64,000 nucleotides of DNA, taken from positions 235,476,001 to 235,540,000 of the forward strand of contig OZ024743.1 of assembly GCA_964016885.1 (NCBI GenBank). Direction: 5' to 3'. Each line of letters begins with the position of its first letter. Within the stretch, counting starts at the first letter, position 1. Source of the DNA: Eledone cirrhosa (lineage: Eukaryota). The notes under the pieces are model-generated. The model was given only the letters and a program-made list of their open reading frames with translations. It was not told the DNA's origin and made no database searches. This document shows, piece after piece, positions 39,601 through 53,600 of the stretch. The position numbers were made by a program, and so were the translations under genes.

Positions 39601-41037
39601 CATGCACAGAATGCATCACCCTAAGGCAGACATAGATAGAATATATCTCCCTAGGAAAGAAGGAGGACGTGGGTTAATCGAGTTAGACATTGCGTTGAAA
39701 ACTGCAACAATTGGATTATCCACATATCTAAGGGAATCACATGATTGGATGATCAAACTCGTTTTGAAACACGAAAGCACCAAAAGATCATATTCCATTA
39801 CAAAAGATGCACAAAGATACAGTAATGGACTACAAATTTCAGAAGTCCCATTTACTGCTGAAATGGAAAACACAGAAAAAGCAAAGCAGGTAAAAGTAAC
39901 TGCAAAGAAAGAACTGCTACAGAAACTGGCTAAGAAATGGCAAGAAAAGCCTCTGTATGGAAAATACCCAGAGCGAGCTAACAATCCTGATGTTGACAAA
40001 ACTTTAACCCATCAGTGGTTGGCATCCTCTGGACTGAAATCAGAGACTGAAGGACTGATTATATCAGCACAAGATCAGTGTCTGCCAACAAAAAATTACC
40101 AAGCCAACATAATAAAAAATGGGTGCAGCCCATTATGCCGTGTATGCAAAAAACAACCAGAGACCATTGACCATATAATTTCAATGTGCAGTCCTATAGC
40201 TCCAACCGAATACCTAAACAGGACTGAAATCGGAGACTGAAGGACTGATTATATCGGCACGAGACCAGTGTCTGCCAACAAAAAATTACCAAGCCAACAT
40301 AATAAAAAATGGGTGCAGCCCATTATGCCGTGTATGCAAAAAACAACCAGAGACCATTGACCATATAATTTCAATGTGCAGTCCTATAGCTCCAACCGAA
40401 TACCTAAACAGGCATGACAGAGCTGCACAATACATACATTGGATAATGAGTAAGCATTTTGACCTGCCCCATCAAAAGAATTGGTGGGAGCATCAACCAC
40501 CTCTCATACTTGAAAAAGATCACATCTCAATCTTGTGGAACTTTAGCATCCAAACAGACCGAAAAATAGATGCAAATAGACCTGATATAATATTGAAGGA
40601 CTTTCAAAGGAGGGTATGCCTGCTAATTGATATGTCTGTTCCAATAGACAAGAATGTATCTATAAACACATTTGAAAAATTGAGCAAGTATAAGGACCTG
40701 GAGATAGAAATTGGAAAAATGTTGAAATTGAGAACTAAAACAATACCAGTGGTTGTAGGCGCTCTGGGAATGATACCTAAGGGGTCTAACGACTACTTAT
40801 CGCAAATCCCAGGAAACCCGCGTATAGGAGAAATACAAAAGATAGTACTAATGGGAACTGCCCATATACTAAGGAAGATCCTGTCAATATAAGTACATCA
40901 CAAGTCTAAACACTAAGGATGCATGTGTGAGTATATATGTTCTTTCTTGAACATGGCGGACCTTGTTGTCACTTGAGGTCACTGGTTGTGACTTGGTGAT
41001 AACTCGTATGAACATAAAGCAAGATAAATGCAACTGT
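39599..41037 (+). mobile_element. R4/Dong-like non-LTR retrotransposon, 5' truncated, with a 190 bp internal tandem duplication
   Basis: HPKADIDRIYLPRKEGGRGL, ETEGLIISAQDQ, CRVC..ETIDHIISMC, RHD, RPDII and PVVVGALG motifs; (AAT)n on both flanks. Confidence 0.9.
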
Positions 41038-41906
41038 AATAATAATAATAATAATAATAATAATCCCAACACTCGCTTATCTAACTCTAATAACCCTACA
41101 CTCATACACCCTCAAAACCAATCTACCAATAACTATAATAACTGTAACTGTAGACCGAATAAAATTTGCGCTCTGGGAAAATATTGGCTAATTAAGGATC
41201 TTGTTTATTCCTGTACTGTCACCACAACTACAATTTCTAAAACTTATATAGGTTCTACCTCGAATAGTTTTAAGACGAGATATAATTCCCATCTTCATAC
41301 GTTCAAAAATTCTAAACTCAAACATGCTACTTCTTTATCTACCTTTAAACCCTCTTTGAAAACTAATTATAAACGTTACACCTTACAATGGAATGGGTTA
41401 GCTCAAGCCACCTCTTATAAACCTCCCAACAAACTTTGTAATCTTCGTCTTCTTGAGTCTCGCACTCGGATATAAACCCACCTTTCCAATATTATTTATA
41501 CCTTTAGCTTTAAATCATCTAATTAATATATTAGACTATCATATACCAGCAACCTTTCTCCCTATTTCGCGCATTAACCCATCATATTGTTTATAATATA
41601 CCTTAACTACTCTATTAAACCTAGGTACATTTTTATTTTGATTATAACAATCTCTCTATTACCACCCCCTTAATATTATTACTACATTCCTTACAATTCT
41701 ATTATTATTTTATTATTATTTTTACTACTATATAACTTAGATTTATACCTCATTCCCTTAATAACACCTCTAATGGAATAAATAAATAATATACCTTCCA
41801 TATTTATAATTATTCTTCTTTAATTATCTTCCCTTCAATTATTTTATTACTTTTCCCTTTAATTATTTTCCTTTAATACTTAACTTATGATATGATATAT
41901 ATTCAT

Positions 41907-42096
41907 TAATAATTGTTTCTACTTTTGGCACAAGGCCAGCAATTATTCCAGTTCATTACTGGTACTTTATTTTATCGACCCCGTAAGGATGAAAGGCAAA
42001 GTTAACTTCGACGGGATTTGAACTCAGACCGCAAAGGGATGTAACTATGCTGGAAAGCATGGCGTCCGACCCTCTACCGATACTGTCAATCCACCT
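41907..42096 (-). mobile_element. SINE family A nested in the AT-rich region
   Basis: Consensus match; attaataattgtt occurs on both sides (TSD-like). Confidence 0.87.
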
Positions 42097-43371
42097 GAAT
42101 TAATAATTGTTGTGAATTAATATCCTTACTTATCTTTAGGGCGGATCATATACGAATGTTACTGATCATTCTTATAGTAAATATAAAAATAAATATAGTA
42201 TATATTCAGTGGATTATGAATAATAGTTACATTATGTGTATTATATATTTAACAGGTGTATGTACCGACTTTGGTCTGTCAAAAAATTCTTTACTATTAA
42301 AAATGTCTTTCTATTATACATATAAAAAATTTGTATTAAATATAATACGTTAACAATCTAAAGATTATAATATTTTAACAATCTTTATAGTAAAGAATAG
42401 ATATATAACTAATGACAATGTTTATAACATTGTAATACATAACAATTTTAAAATATTTTTTAATATTATTTTATCTTATAAGTCAGTAGCTCTATATCTA
42501 TAAGTTTAATAATACTTACTATATAATTGTAAACCTTTATAAACCCATAATAATTATTAGGCCTATATCCCATGTGAATTACCTGCCTTAGTTGATGTAT
42601 AATTTCCTCCATTTAAACTTTAACGGTTAATACAGGAACCGTTACTAACTCATATTTGTATTTCAACTTCCAGCATATACTACTCTATAGAAAATGTAGA
42701 ACATTAAGTATCTTAACTATCTATAATCACTCAATATTGTTTGCTGAATGGAAATAAACAATATTGATTGTATTTATAGAATTAAAACTTTTATTATGAC
42801 AGAACCACACGAACATCAAAGTGGTAATACATTATTAATATAGCCATAAACTCTATATTTTTTAATTATATTTTGTTGAACTCTATATTTTTGAACTCTA
42901 TGCTTTAAAACTTTGTATGTTTAAACTCTATATTCTAATACATTAATACTATGACTAATATTATGCAAACGTTTTGCCTGAAATATACATATCCTTTGAT
43001 ATTTATATCATAATTTTCAATACCTACATTATATGCTTTCATTATACCATTCTACTTGCATTACATATAGCACCTGTAATTGATGTTTTTGCTACAATAT
43101 TTTTGCTACAATATTTTGCTATAATTAATAACCATGGCATTTTATGTATTTATATATTAATACCTTTCATATTCATATCTATAACCTATACCTTCAATTA
43201 CTTATATTATGGCTTTATTATAATTTTTCATTACAATTATTATGTCTGTTCAACTTTTATACTCTTGCTCTATAATATATTGATGTTAATACTTCTACTT
43301 ATTCTCCTCAGCTATAATGTATCCTGCTAAATGTTCAAGTGAATAGGATTATATTTGTTTTAACTTTGTAT

Positions 43372-43416
43372 GCTCTGATGATATCAGACTTATGTCTGGA
43401 TGAGACGATCGTAAGC
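43372..43416 (+). ncRNA. Minimal hammerhead motif, GAAA changed to GAGA
   Basis: gct-CTGATGA-stem II (cagac-ttat-gtctg)-GAGA-cgatcg-TA-agc, with palindromic stem III acgatcgt. Confidence 0.6.
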
Positions 43417-43584
43417 TATTAAATGTTTTAAACACCATTTAATTGTAACTTATGTTGTATATATATATATATAAAACAAGGAAAGTGTGGTAAGGAACCA
43501 GGTGGACCATAACGCACCAGAATACTCGGTACTTAGGATAGTAGAGTGGGTAATAGGAAAAGAGTCAGGACCCCGACCCTTTTC

Positions 43585-43650
<66 letters not shown>

Positions 43651-43905
43651 ATTGTATATAAATGTGTGTTCCTCTTTATGTAAATATAACAATGTGTATG
43701 TATTTATGAATGTTGATCAGTCTTTCAATGTTGGATTTCCGTCCGGTCATGTACGTATAATAGCTTATGATTATTACTTGTATCTGCCTTGCATTTATCA
43801 AATCTATAAACACAATTTGAAGCTCCTCATAGAGAAATTCCCTTATGTTTAATATAGATATTTTCGAAGTAGTTATCTCCCTTCAGATATTAAGATAAAT
43901 GTTTT

Positions 43906-44280
43906 ACTCTCGGGTCTTGAATAATCATCCACCCCCAGCCCCGCTTTTTAATTTTTCAGAATGTTTCAACCCAGCATCCCCACATCCGCTTATTAAATGT
44001 TACTAATCTATCTCCGGTGAAATATTATTTTAAGTAGTAGCATTCCTGCAACAACTAATTTTCTTTAGACATTAAAAAACATTATACATGACAAAAAAGT
44101 ACATTACTAGAAATCCCATATGTTATAAAATATATAGGATGGGTTGGGGTCTCAATATGTAAGCTAAGCGACTAGTTCTGGTTTTAAAAAAACTCAATAG
44201 AGAGAACCTAAAACATTCCCGATTTTCCACCCCTCCCCGCTTACCCCCTCCCCCAATATTATTTGGGACCCGAGTGTGTA
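43906..44280. mobile_element. MITE-like DNA element (Tc1/mariner-type TIRs suspected)
   Basis: actctcgggtcttgaataat and attatttgggacccgagtgt are imperfect ~20 bp inverted termini. Confidence 0.55.
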
Positions 44281-44375
44281 TATTTCTTTTTACCCCATTG
44301 TAATTTTAATAGTTTTAATTTAAAGCAATAATCTATCTTGATCTATTTCTTCGTGTGCTTACATCGTTTAGAGAA

Positions 44376-44728
44376 GAGATTCTCAAAGTGGGCGCTACCG
44401 GCCCCTGGTGTGCATTGAGAATGTCCTGTGGGGTACTGGTGCCTAAGGGGGGGTGGTGGTGGTGGGGGGGGGGGGGGGGGGTAAAGATGATATAATAGTA
44501 TATTAAATATCAAATGATACAAAAATATAAATATAATAAAATAAAAAATATATAATATCTATTTATATACATAGTATATATATTATTTATTATAAATAAA
44601 TTAACGATTTTATTTATTATATACTATTTACAATTTGCATGTAGGCAGGTCTCTTTCGAAATAGGGTTGGGGCGCTGAGGGTATTACATGGCGGTGAAGG
44701 AGTGGCCCAAAAGGTTTCAGAACCTCTG
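44376..44728. mobile_element. hAT (Charlie-like) non-autonomous element
   Basis: Termini agagattctcaaa and tttcagaacctctg resemble CAGNGGTTCTCAAA-type TIRs. Confidence 0.55.
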
Positions 44729-44806
44729 GCATTTCAAATAATAGTGTTCCTTATGACGTCACATTCATCGATTAATAAAACTTCATTAAAATTATAGCCT
44801 TTTATT

Positions 44807-44996
44807 GGCGCTGGATTGGCAGTATCAATAGAGGGTCTGACGCCATGCTTTGTAGCATAGAGTTATGTCCCTTTACGGACTGAGTTCAAATCCCGCCGAG
44901 GTTAACTTTGCATTTCATCCTTATCGGTCAATAAAATAAAGTACCAGTAATACACTGGGATAATTACTGGCCTTGTGACAAAAGTAGAAACAATTA
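44807..44996 (+). mobile_element. SINE family A
   Basis: Full consensus; attaaaattatagcctttta is duplicated on both sides. Confidence 0.88.
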
Positions 44997-45263
44997 AAAT
45001 TATAGCCTTTTATCGAAGAACATATTTCCTTTCCCCCTTGAGGCTTGTCTTTATCAGACCATTGGTCCCTATTAATACTTCTGAAGATATAGCCACTGTT
45101 GCGTAGCTGTGTTCTATATGTATTTCAAACAGAGATATTGGGTCGTCAAGTATGAAATTTGTTGAAAAATACAAATCACGACAAATTTCATACTTGACGA
45201 TCCAATCGGTATAGTATATGGAAGGGATATATTAGGTTAACGCTTGATATAGCAGGAAGAGGG

Positions 45264-45299
45264 TTTTAACGTTTCGGACGCTAGTCCTTCATCAGAAGA
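45264..45299 (-). ncRNA. Minimal hammerhead ribozyme motif
   Basis: Minus strand tt-CTGATGA-aggac-tagc-gtcc-GAAAC-GTT-aa. Confidence 0.68.
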
Positions 45300-45309
45300 A
45301 AGAATGAGA

Positions 45310-45491
45310 ATAGATTGAGGGGACGGGCGGGGCGGAATTGGAAAACATGTCTTAGATAAAAATAACAGGCCCATTCATGTTGACATCTGTTGCAAAACTG
45401 ATAGATTGAGGGGACGGGCGGGGCGGAATTGGAAAATATGTCTTAGATAAAAATAACAGGCCCATTCATGTTGACATCTGTTGCAAAACTG
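45310..45491. repeat. 91 bp tandem duplication
   Basis: atagattgaggggacgggcgg...gttgcaaaactg occurs twice in tandem. Confidence 0.9.
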
Positions 45492-45689
45492 TTGGTGCTG
45501 GCATTTTGTGTATTATTTATTTTTTAGAAAAGTGGAGAGAGAGGGGGAGTCTGTGGTGCGGCAACCGGGGAGACAACTAAACATGGGAGTACTCAATAAA
45601 TGGAGAGCAGCAGAGTGGGTAAAGAGACAAAATCCCGATATCAGAGGATATTGGTGAAATAGCGACTCACCCAGTAGCATTAACACCTG

Positions 45690-48120
45690 AACTACACAGC
45701 CATCACTGATGACTCCTTAACTACATAGCCATAATTGATAAGTCTTAAAAACATAGCCATCACCGATGACCCCTTAACTACACAGCCATCACTGATGACT
45801 ACTTAACTACACAGCCACCACTGATGACTCCTTAACTACATAGCCATCATTGATAAGTCCTTAACAACATAGCCATCACCGATGACCCCTTAACAACACA
45901 GCCATCACTGATGACTCCTTAACTACACAGCCATCACTGATGACTCCTTAACTACACAGCCATCACTGATGACTCCTTAACTACACAGCCATTACCGATG
46001 ACTCCTTAACTACACAGCCATCATTGATGACTCCTTAACTACACATCCATTACTGATGACTCTTTAACAACACAGCCATCACTGATGACTCCTTAACTAC
46101 ACAGCCATTACTGATGACGCCTTAACTACACAGCCATCACTGATAACTCCGTAACTACATAACCATCACTGATGATTCCTTAACTACACAGCCATAACTG
46201 ATGACCCCTTAACTACACAGCCATCACTGATGACTCCTTCACAACATAGCCATCACCAAGGACCCCTTAACTACACAGCCATCACTGATGACTCCTTACC
46301 TACACAGCCTTCACTGATGACTCCTTAACTACACAGCCATCACTGATGACTCCTTAACTACAAAGACATTACTGATGAATCCTTAACTACACAGCTATCT
46401 CTGATGACTCTTTAACTACACAGCCATCACTGATGACCCCTTAACTACACAGCCATCACTGATGACTCCTTAACTGCACAGCCATCATTGATGACTCCTT
46501 AAGTACACAGCCATTACTGATAACTCCTTAACTACACAGCCATCACTGATGACTCCGTAACTACACAGCCAATACTGATGACTCCTTAACTACACAGCCA
46601 TCACTGATGACTCCTTAACTACACAGCCATCACTGATGGCTCCTTAACTACACAGCCATCACTGATGACTCCGTAACTACACAGCCAATACTGATGATTC
46701 CTTAACTACTCAGCCATCACTGATGACTCCTTAACTACACAGCCATCACTGATGACTCCTTAACAACACAGCCATTACTGATGACTCCTTAACTACACAG
46801 CCATTACTGATGACTCTTTAACTACACAGCCATCACTGATGACTCTTTAACTAGACAGCCATCACTGATGACTCCTTAACTACACAGCCATCACTGATGA
46901 CTTCTTAACTATACAGCCATCACTGATGACTCCTTAACTACACAACCATCACTGATGACTCCTTAACTACACAGTCATCACTGATGACCCCTTAACTACA
47001 CAGCCATTACTGATGACTCCTTAACTACATAGCCATCACTGATGACTCCTTAACTACACAGCCATTACTGATGACTCCTGAACTACACAGCCATCACTGA
47101 TGACTCCTTAACTACATAACCATCACTGATGACTCCTTAACTACACAACCATCACTGATGACTCCTTAACTACACAGCCATCACTGATGACCCCTTAACT
47201 ACACAGCCATCACTGATGACTCCTTAACAACATAGCCATCACTGATGACTCCTTAAGTACACAGCCATCACTGATGACCCCTTAACTACACAGCCATCAC
47301 TGATGACTCCTTAACTACACAGCCATTTCTGATGACTCCTTATCTACACAGCCATCACTGATGACTCCTTAAGTACACAGCCATCACTGATGACCCCTTA
47401 ACTACACAGCCATCACTGATGACTCTTTAACTAGACAGCCATCACTGATGACTCCTGAACTACACAGCCATCACTGATGACTCCTTAACTGCACAGCCAT
47501 CACTGATGACTCCTTAACAACATAGCCATCACTGATGGCTCCTTAAGTACACAGCCATCACTGATGACCCCTTAACTACACAGCCATCACTGATGACCCC
47601 TTAACTACACAGCCATCACTGATGACTCCTTAACTACACAGCCATTTCTGATGACTCCTTATCTACACAGCCATCACTGATGACTCCTTAAGTACACAGC
47701 CATCACTGATGACCCCTTAACTACACAGCCATCACTGATGACTCCTTAACTACACAGCCATTTCTGATGACTCCTTATCTACACAGCCATCACTGATGAC
47801 TCCTTAAGTACACAGCCATCACTGATGACCCCTTAACTACACAGCCATTACTGCTGACCCCTTAACTACACAGCCATCACTGATGACCCCTTAACTACAC
47901 AGCCATCACTGATGACTCCTTAACTACACAGCCATTTCTGATGACTCCTTATCTACACAGCCATCACTGATGACTCCTTAAGTACACAGCCATCACTGAT
48001 GACCCCTTAACTACACAGCCATTACTGCTGACCCCTTAACTACACAGCCATCACTGATGACTCCTTAACTACACAGCCATCACTGATGACTCCTTAACTA
48101 CACAGCCATTTCTGATGACC
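45690..48120. repeat. Satellite, 29 bp unit aactacacagccatcactgatgactcctt
   Basis: About 84 tandem copies. Confidence 0.97.
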
Positions 48121-48755
48121 AGACAATCAGTGCGCACAAGTTGTTTAGATTGGAACAACAATAGCCATAACACCACCACCAACACCACCACCACCACTAC
48201 TACTACAACAACGATAACAACCACAACCACCACAACCACTACCACCACCACCACCTCTACAACCAGTACTATGAACACTTACACCACCATAACAACAACT
48301 ATCACCTCAATCACCTCTACCACTACAACAATCACCACCACCATCACCACTACCACGACCACCACCATAAAACAACAACAACAACAACATACTTCTGTTA
48401 ATGATAAAGAAGCATCGAAGCACGTGCAATACATTTAGGAAGTTATTTCCGACATAATATTAGCACGTGACCCTGCATAATTTATGAGGTTAATATTTCT
48501 GTCATAGTTGATGTAAGTCTTTTGAGAACTGTCTTTAATATGTGATAATGAATTTATATGGATTATGTTTCAGACTGAAGTCGTGTGGAGACCAGAACCA
48601 ATGCTGCCATCAACGCCAACTTGGTAGGCGCCTAGGGTGCATCAGCTAGGTACATTGCTGAGTGATAAGAAACTCTCAGGAGAGCTGGACAGCAGAAGCT
48701 CTTCAGAGAAGAACCCTCCCCCTCAAGCGAGTCTTTCATTATAACTGTTTATTCT

Positions 48756-48900
48756 TGAGTTCAAATCCCGCCGAGGTTAACTTTGCCTTTCATCCCTACG
48801 GGGTCGATAAAATAAAGTACCAGTAATACACTGGGGCCGATTCAATCGACTTTCCCCTCCCCCAAAATTGCTGGCCTTGTGCCTATATAAGAAACCATTA
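48756..48900 (+). mobile_element. SINE family A long-tail variant, 5' truncated
   Basis: Starts at box B; cattataactgtttattct is duplicated on both flanks (TSD). Confidence 0.85.
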
Positions 48901-48914
48901 TAACTGTTTATTCT

Positions 48915-49850
48915 AAAGTGTTTATCTACAGACCTTCCATCTTAATCTTATGTAAGAACCTTTGTTAAGTTATATTCCAAACACCAACGCAGAAGTGAGA
49001 AAATGTATTATATTATTAAATGCATCCAAGTTGTTTATTATTTCGAAAATTATTTTAAAATAAGATAAAAACAAAATTAAGTAATGAAAAAACAATGGTG
49101 AAAGGTTAAAGAAGGGCAGATCTGGCTGTATAGGAAAGTAGAGGACTATAGATGACATGTGAAGAAATGGAAGGAAAAAGCAAGGAGGATTAAGCCACGA
49201 GAGAAAGAGAAGGGGAGAGACTGTATGTCGAGGCGTTGCTTATATTTATATAAAACCTGTCCACCATAATTTTATATAAAGAACATTTAAGTGTTTCTTT
49301 TCCTTGTGACTTTATTTTATTAACAAAGTTGGCATAAAAACGGTTGATGAGTACAGAAATATGAAAAAGAAAGATAAAAACAAAATTAAGTAATGAGAGA
49401 AGGGGGAGGGGTAAAGACGGGCAGATTTGGCTGTAAAGTAGAGGAAAGAACTATAAATGTCATAAATGAGAGGAAAAGGAAGGAGAATTCCAAACATCAA
49501 CAGTGTCTTTCATTAGAAATATGGTAACAATAGGGTTAAAGTGTTTATATTTATAACTAAAAACCTTCCATCATAATTTTATGTAAGAATATTTAAGTTA
49601 TGTTCAAACACCAACAGTGTCTTTCATTAGAAATAAGGTAATGGAGGGGTTAAAGTGTTTATATTTATAACTAAAACCTTTCCCACATAATTTTATGTAA
49701 GAACCTTTGTTATGTTATGTTCCAAACACCAACAGTGTCTTACATTAGAAATATGGTAATGAAACGGTTAAAGTGTTTATATTTATCTAATGACCTTCCC
49801 TCATAATTTTATGTAAGAACCTTTGTTAAGTTATGTTTTAAACATCAACT
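48915..49850. repeat. Degenerate tandem repeats (~115 bp units plus a larger duplicated block)
   Basis: taaagtgtttatatttata...taattttatgtaagaac...caaacaccaacagtgtct recurs 4-5 times. Confidence 0.75.
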
Positions 49851-50051
49851 GGATAGTAAGAAACTTAGTTATATTCCTAAATCTTTCCAAACTATTCATT
49901 ATTTTCAAAATTATATGAAAATAACACGGAATGTCTATCATTAGAAATGATAATATCCTAATTGAAAACGTTAATGTTTTTTATAGACAATTCTTCGCTG
50001 GATTGTAGAGAAGTCAACATGGCGACTCCGCTTAATAGAATCAATTATATG

Positions 50052-50421
50052 TTTAGCGGGAGGTGGTCGTCGGTCATCCCGTCTAATTGGTTACTGTTTA
50101 CTGGCTGGCACATCATCAAACAAAAAAGAGAACATACCTCAAGATTATGTTACACGAACATTTTATTTAAAGCAAATCATAATACTGGTTAACACATCAG
50201 TGCTCCAAGGTTGGTAGTGGTTCATTATCGTATTATGCCACGACCGCATGGTGTGATGTCGCTGCGTGGAAAGCTGCACGGGGATTAGTACGTCTGTTGT
50301 CTCCGAGCTGCCATGGTCCAAGTGTATTGTCTCAACCACTGACGTCAGAACGTGACGTCAGAACTAAGGGCAGTTAATCGACTGGCTTCACAGTCGACGC
50401 TAGATGGCGTGATCTTCTACA
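50052..50421 (-). repeat. 3' LTR of the gypsy element (370 bp)
   Basis: Direct repeat of 54982-55331, with a ~20 bp indel. Confidence 0.95.
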
Positions 50422-50679
50422 TGGCCTCCCACCAGATTTTTAGAAAATTAAATAAAAATCGGTTCATCGAATCATGTATGTAGAAAAACCGATTAGCAAC
50501 CAGTAAAAATCCCAAACCAAGAAGCAATCAGCCCAACCGAGCATGAAGGGCACAACAAATTTCAAAAATACATATTAAAAAAGCATGCAAGAACGTGAAA
50601 GAAAAAAACAACAACAATGTAATGAGATGTAAATACAATTTCCTAAAAGTTCCAAAAGTCACTACAGGACTACAGTTTT

Positions 50680-53600
50680 TTGGGCCAATGAACCTTCCGA
50701 CCGGAACGGGTCGTAGTCTTATATCTTGGTGATGGGGGTGGGGTGGGGACGACGACGACGACGACGACGAAGAAGAAGCAGGTGTGTGTGCGAAAGAAAA
50801 AGACGGGGGCGTTTGTGGCTCAGGTGCGATAGCATCTGTATCCAAATGTGTTCGTTTGAGTCTATCAATCGAAACCGTCTCTCTGGAACCCTTAATGTCT
50901 ACAGTGAAATGTTTCTCTGAACGAGCTAATACACGGTAGGGTCCAGGGTATGGTTGTGTGAGAGGTGGTTTCACAGCATCGTTTCTCACAAACACATGGG
51001 TCCACGAGGCAATATCCCTCGGGACTGCAAATTGTACAGTTTGCTTCCTCGTATCCATCGGCGGCAGGTCCTGAAAATAAGAACTCAGATGGGATACGTA
51101 GGAAAGCGGATCTTGTTCAGCAAAATCGACAGGGGTAAGCATTTGCCCAGGTAACGCTAGAGGAGCACCATATAACATTTCGGCCGGGGAGAACCCAAGG
51201 TCCTCCTTTATTGTTGACCGAATCCCCAACAACACAATAGGGAGGTACTCGCTCCAGCGCGTAGAGTCAGGAGAAGTCCGTAGAGCGGCTTTCGGTTGTC
51301 GGTGGAAGCGCTCTACCATTCCATTAGAGGCAGGATGATATGCTGTAGTTCGGATGCGTTTAGCGCCGATGATCTTCGTCAATTCATGGAAGAGGTTCGA
51401 TTCAAACTGTCTTCTACGGTCCGTTGTAATCGTAGCTGGTACTCCAAATCGAGCGATCCATCCAGACACAAGGGCACGCGCTGTGGTCTCAGCAGTGATA
51501 TCCCTCAAGGATAACGATCGATTACAGTCAATAAGTAATTGTAACCACCGCTGATGGGCCAAGGTCCCACGATGTCCACATGAATGTGACGAAACCGGGC
51601 GTCCGGGTTACTAAAGGTACCAAGAGGAGTCTTAATATGTCTATGAACTTTCGATTTCTGGCAAGCAACACAGGAACGGCACCAGACAGTAATTTCACGT
51701 CTCATATTTGGCCAGATGAATCTAGCCGTTATGAGTTTTACTGTAGCAGAAGATCCAGGATGTGAAATGCCGTGCAAAACAAGAAACACAGTTCGACGAT
51801 GGTTCAACGGAACAAAAGGACGTGGCGTATCCAAAGAGACGTCGCAGAGGATCTGTCCGTCTGCGGTCGGTAAAAGTAGGTATTTCATCCTGCAATTCAC
51901 AAATTCAGGTGATGTAACATCCAACGATTCGAGAGTAGGCTGATCGGCTGCCAAGCGATTCAAATCTATGTCATCGGACGACGAGATTGAAGTAATCGGT
52001 AAACGAGACAGGACGTCGGCCGCTGTATTCATATGACCCGGAATATGTTGAATATCATTTGTAAACTGAGAGATGAGATCAAGATGTCTAGTTTCTCTGG
52101 GGGAGTATTTGTCTGCCTTTGCTTGCAAGGCGAATGTAAACGGCTTGTGGTCCGTAAGATAGTAAACGTTCTTCCCTCAAGCATGTGCGAAAAATGTTTC
52201 ACCGATAAATATATTGCTAGCAACTCCCGTCCAAAGGTGCTGTAGCGGGTTTCGGCAGGTTTCAGCTTCCTGGAGAAAAATTCCAACGGCTGCTGTTGAT
52301 CGTTTCTACTTTGCTGCAAAACCGCGCCCACGGCAGTATCCGACGCATCAACACAAAGCGAAAGCTTAGCGTTGGACACTGGGTGAGCCAGCAAAGATGC
52401 ATTGGCTAGAACAATTTTCGCGCTCTCAAAATCCCGGAGCTGAGTTTCATTCAAAGAAATGTCTCTATTTTTCTTTCGACAATTTTTCAAAATTTCCGTC
52501 AAGGAGAAAAGTAGCTTAACACAATTAGGCACACACCGCCTATAAAAATTAATCAGCCCCAAGAATTGGCGCAACTGACGAAGTGAGGTTGGTGGAGGCA
52601 AATCCTCTATAGCTTTAACTCTCTCAGGAATAGGTCGAATACCGTCAGAGTCAATGACGTGACCCAAAAAATTCAAAGATTCGGAACCAAAAACACATTT
52701 TGATGGATTAATCCGAACATTGTAATTCTTTAAACGACAAAATAGAAGTTCCAGATGGCGCAAATGCTGCTCTGGAGAAGAGCTCTCAACAAGAAGGTCA
52801 TCAATGTAGGTGTATACAAAGTCGAGGCCGCGAGTGACCTTATCCATAAAACGCTGGAAGGTGCTAGCAGCATTCCTTAACCCGAAAGGCATGGTGAGAA
52901 ATTCGAAAGATCCAAATGGCGTAATTATAGTCGTTTTCCGGATGTCGTCTCTATTGACAGGAATTTGGTTATAGGCTCGTATCAAATCGAGCTTCGAAAA
53001 AATGTTGCAACCTTGCAACGAGGATGCAATATGCTGCAAATGAGGGATAGGATATCGATCCGGTACGGTCATCGAGTTCAATCTTCTATAATCTCCAGTG
53101 GGTCTCCAATCGCCAGATTTTGGCACCATATGTAATGGAGATGCCCACGGGCTCGTGGAAGGACGAATAATTCCGAGCTGTAGCATATGATCGAACTCGG
53201 ACCGTGCTGCTTTCAATTTGTCCGCTGGCAATCGACGAGGACGCGAAAAAACCGGAGCGCCAGTTGTAGTAATAAAATGCTCCTGGATCAGTAACTCTAA
53301 AAATTTCATGAGTCAGTTGCGGGAACGATTTCAACAGTCCATGATATAAGTTTCCAGAGTTAGCAATAAAGAAAGTCGGGCTAATTGTAGAAAATTCCGC
53401 CGTCCTGCCACAAAGAGAAAAACCAGTAATATCGTCAATCAGGCGTTGGTGACGAACGTCCACCGTCAAAGAAAAATGGTGCAGAAAATCCGCGCCCAAA
53501 ATCGGGTATGGCAGATCAGCAACAGTGAATACCCATTTGAAATCCCGACGAAGATTTCGGAACTTAAGAGGAAGCGAGATCTGTCCAAAAGTTCTGATTG

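Larger units (their letters stand above)
41064..43470 (+). mobile_element. Penelope-like remnant: GIY-YIG fragment + long AT-rich 3' region + hammerhead
   Basis: CNCR..CAL..LVYSC..TYIGSTSNSFKTRYNSH at 41130-41475; hammerhead at 43372-43416; ends in (TA)n. Continuity across the AT-rich region is inferred. Confidence 0.7.

Noticed and set aside
45690-48120. CTGATGA (hammerhead core half) in every unit of the 29 bp satellite
   Set aside because: The unit has no GAAA box or stem II/III, so it cannot form a hammerhead. It also has no unique spacers, so it is not a CRISPR array.
48570-48730. Possible host exon after tttcag
   Set aside because: The frames I translated stop within about 25 codons, there is no recognisable domain, and no partner exons were found.
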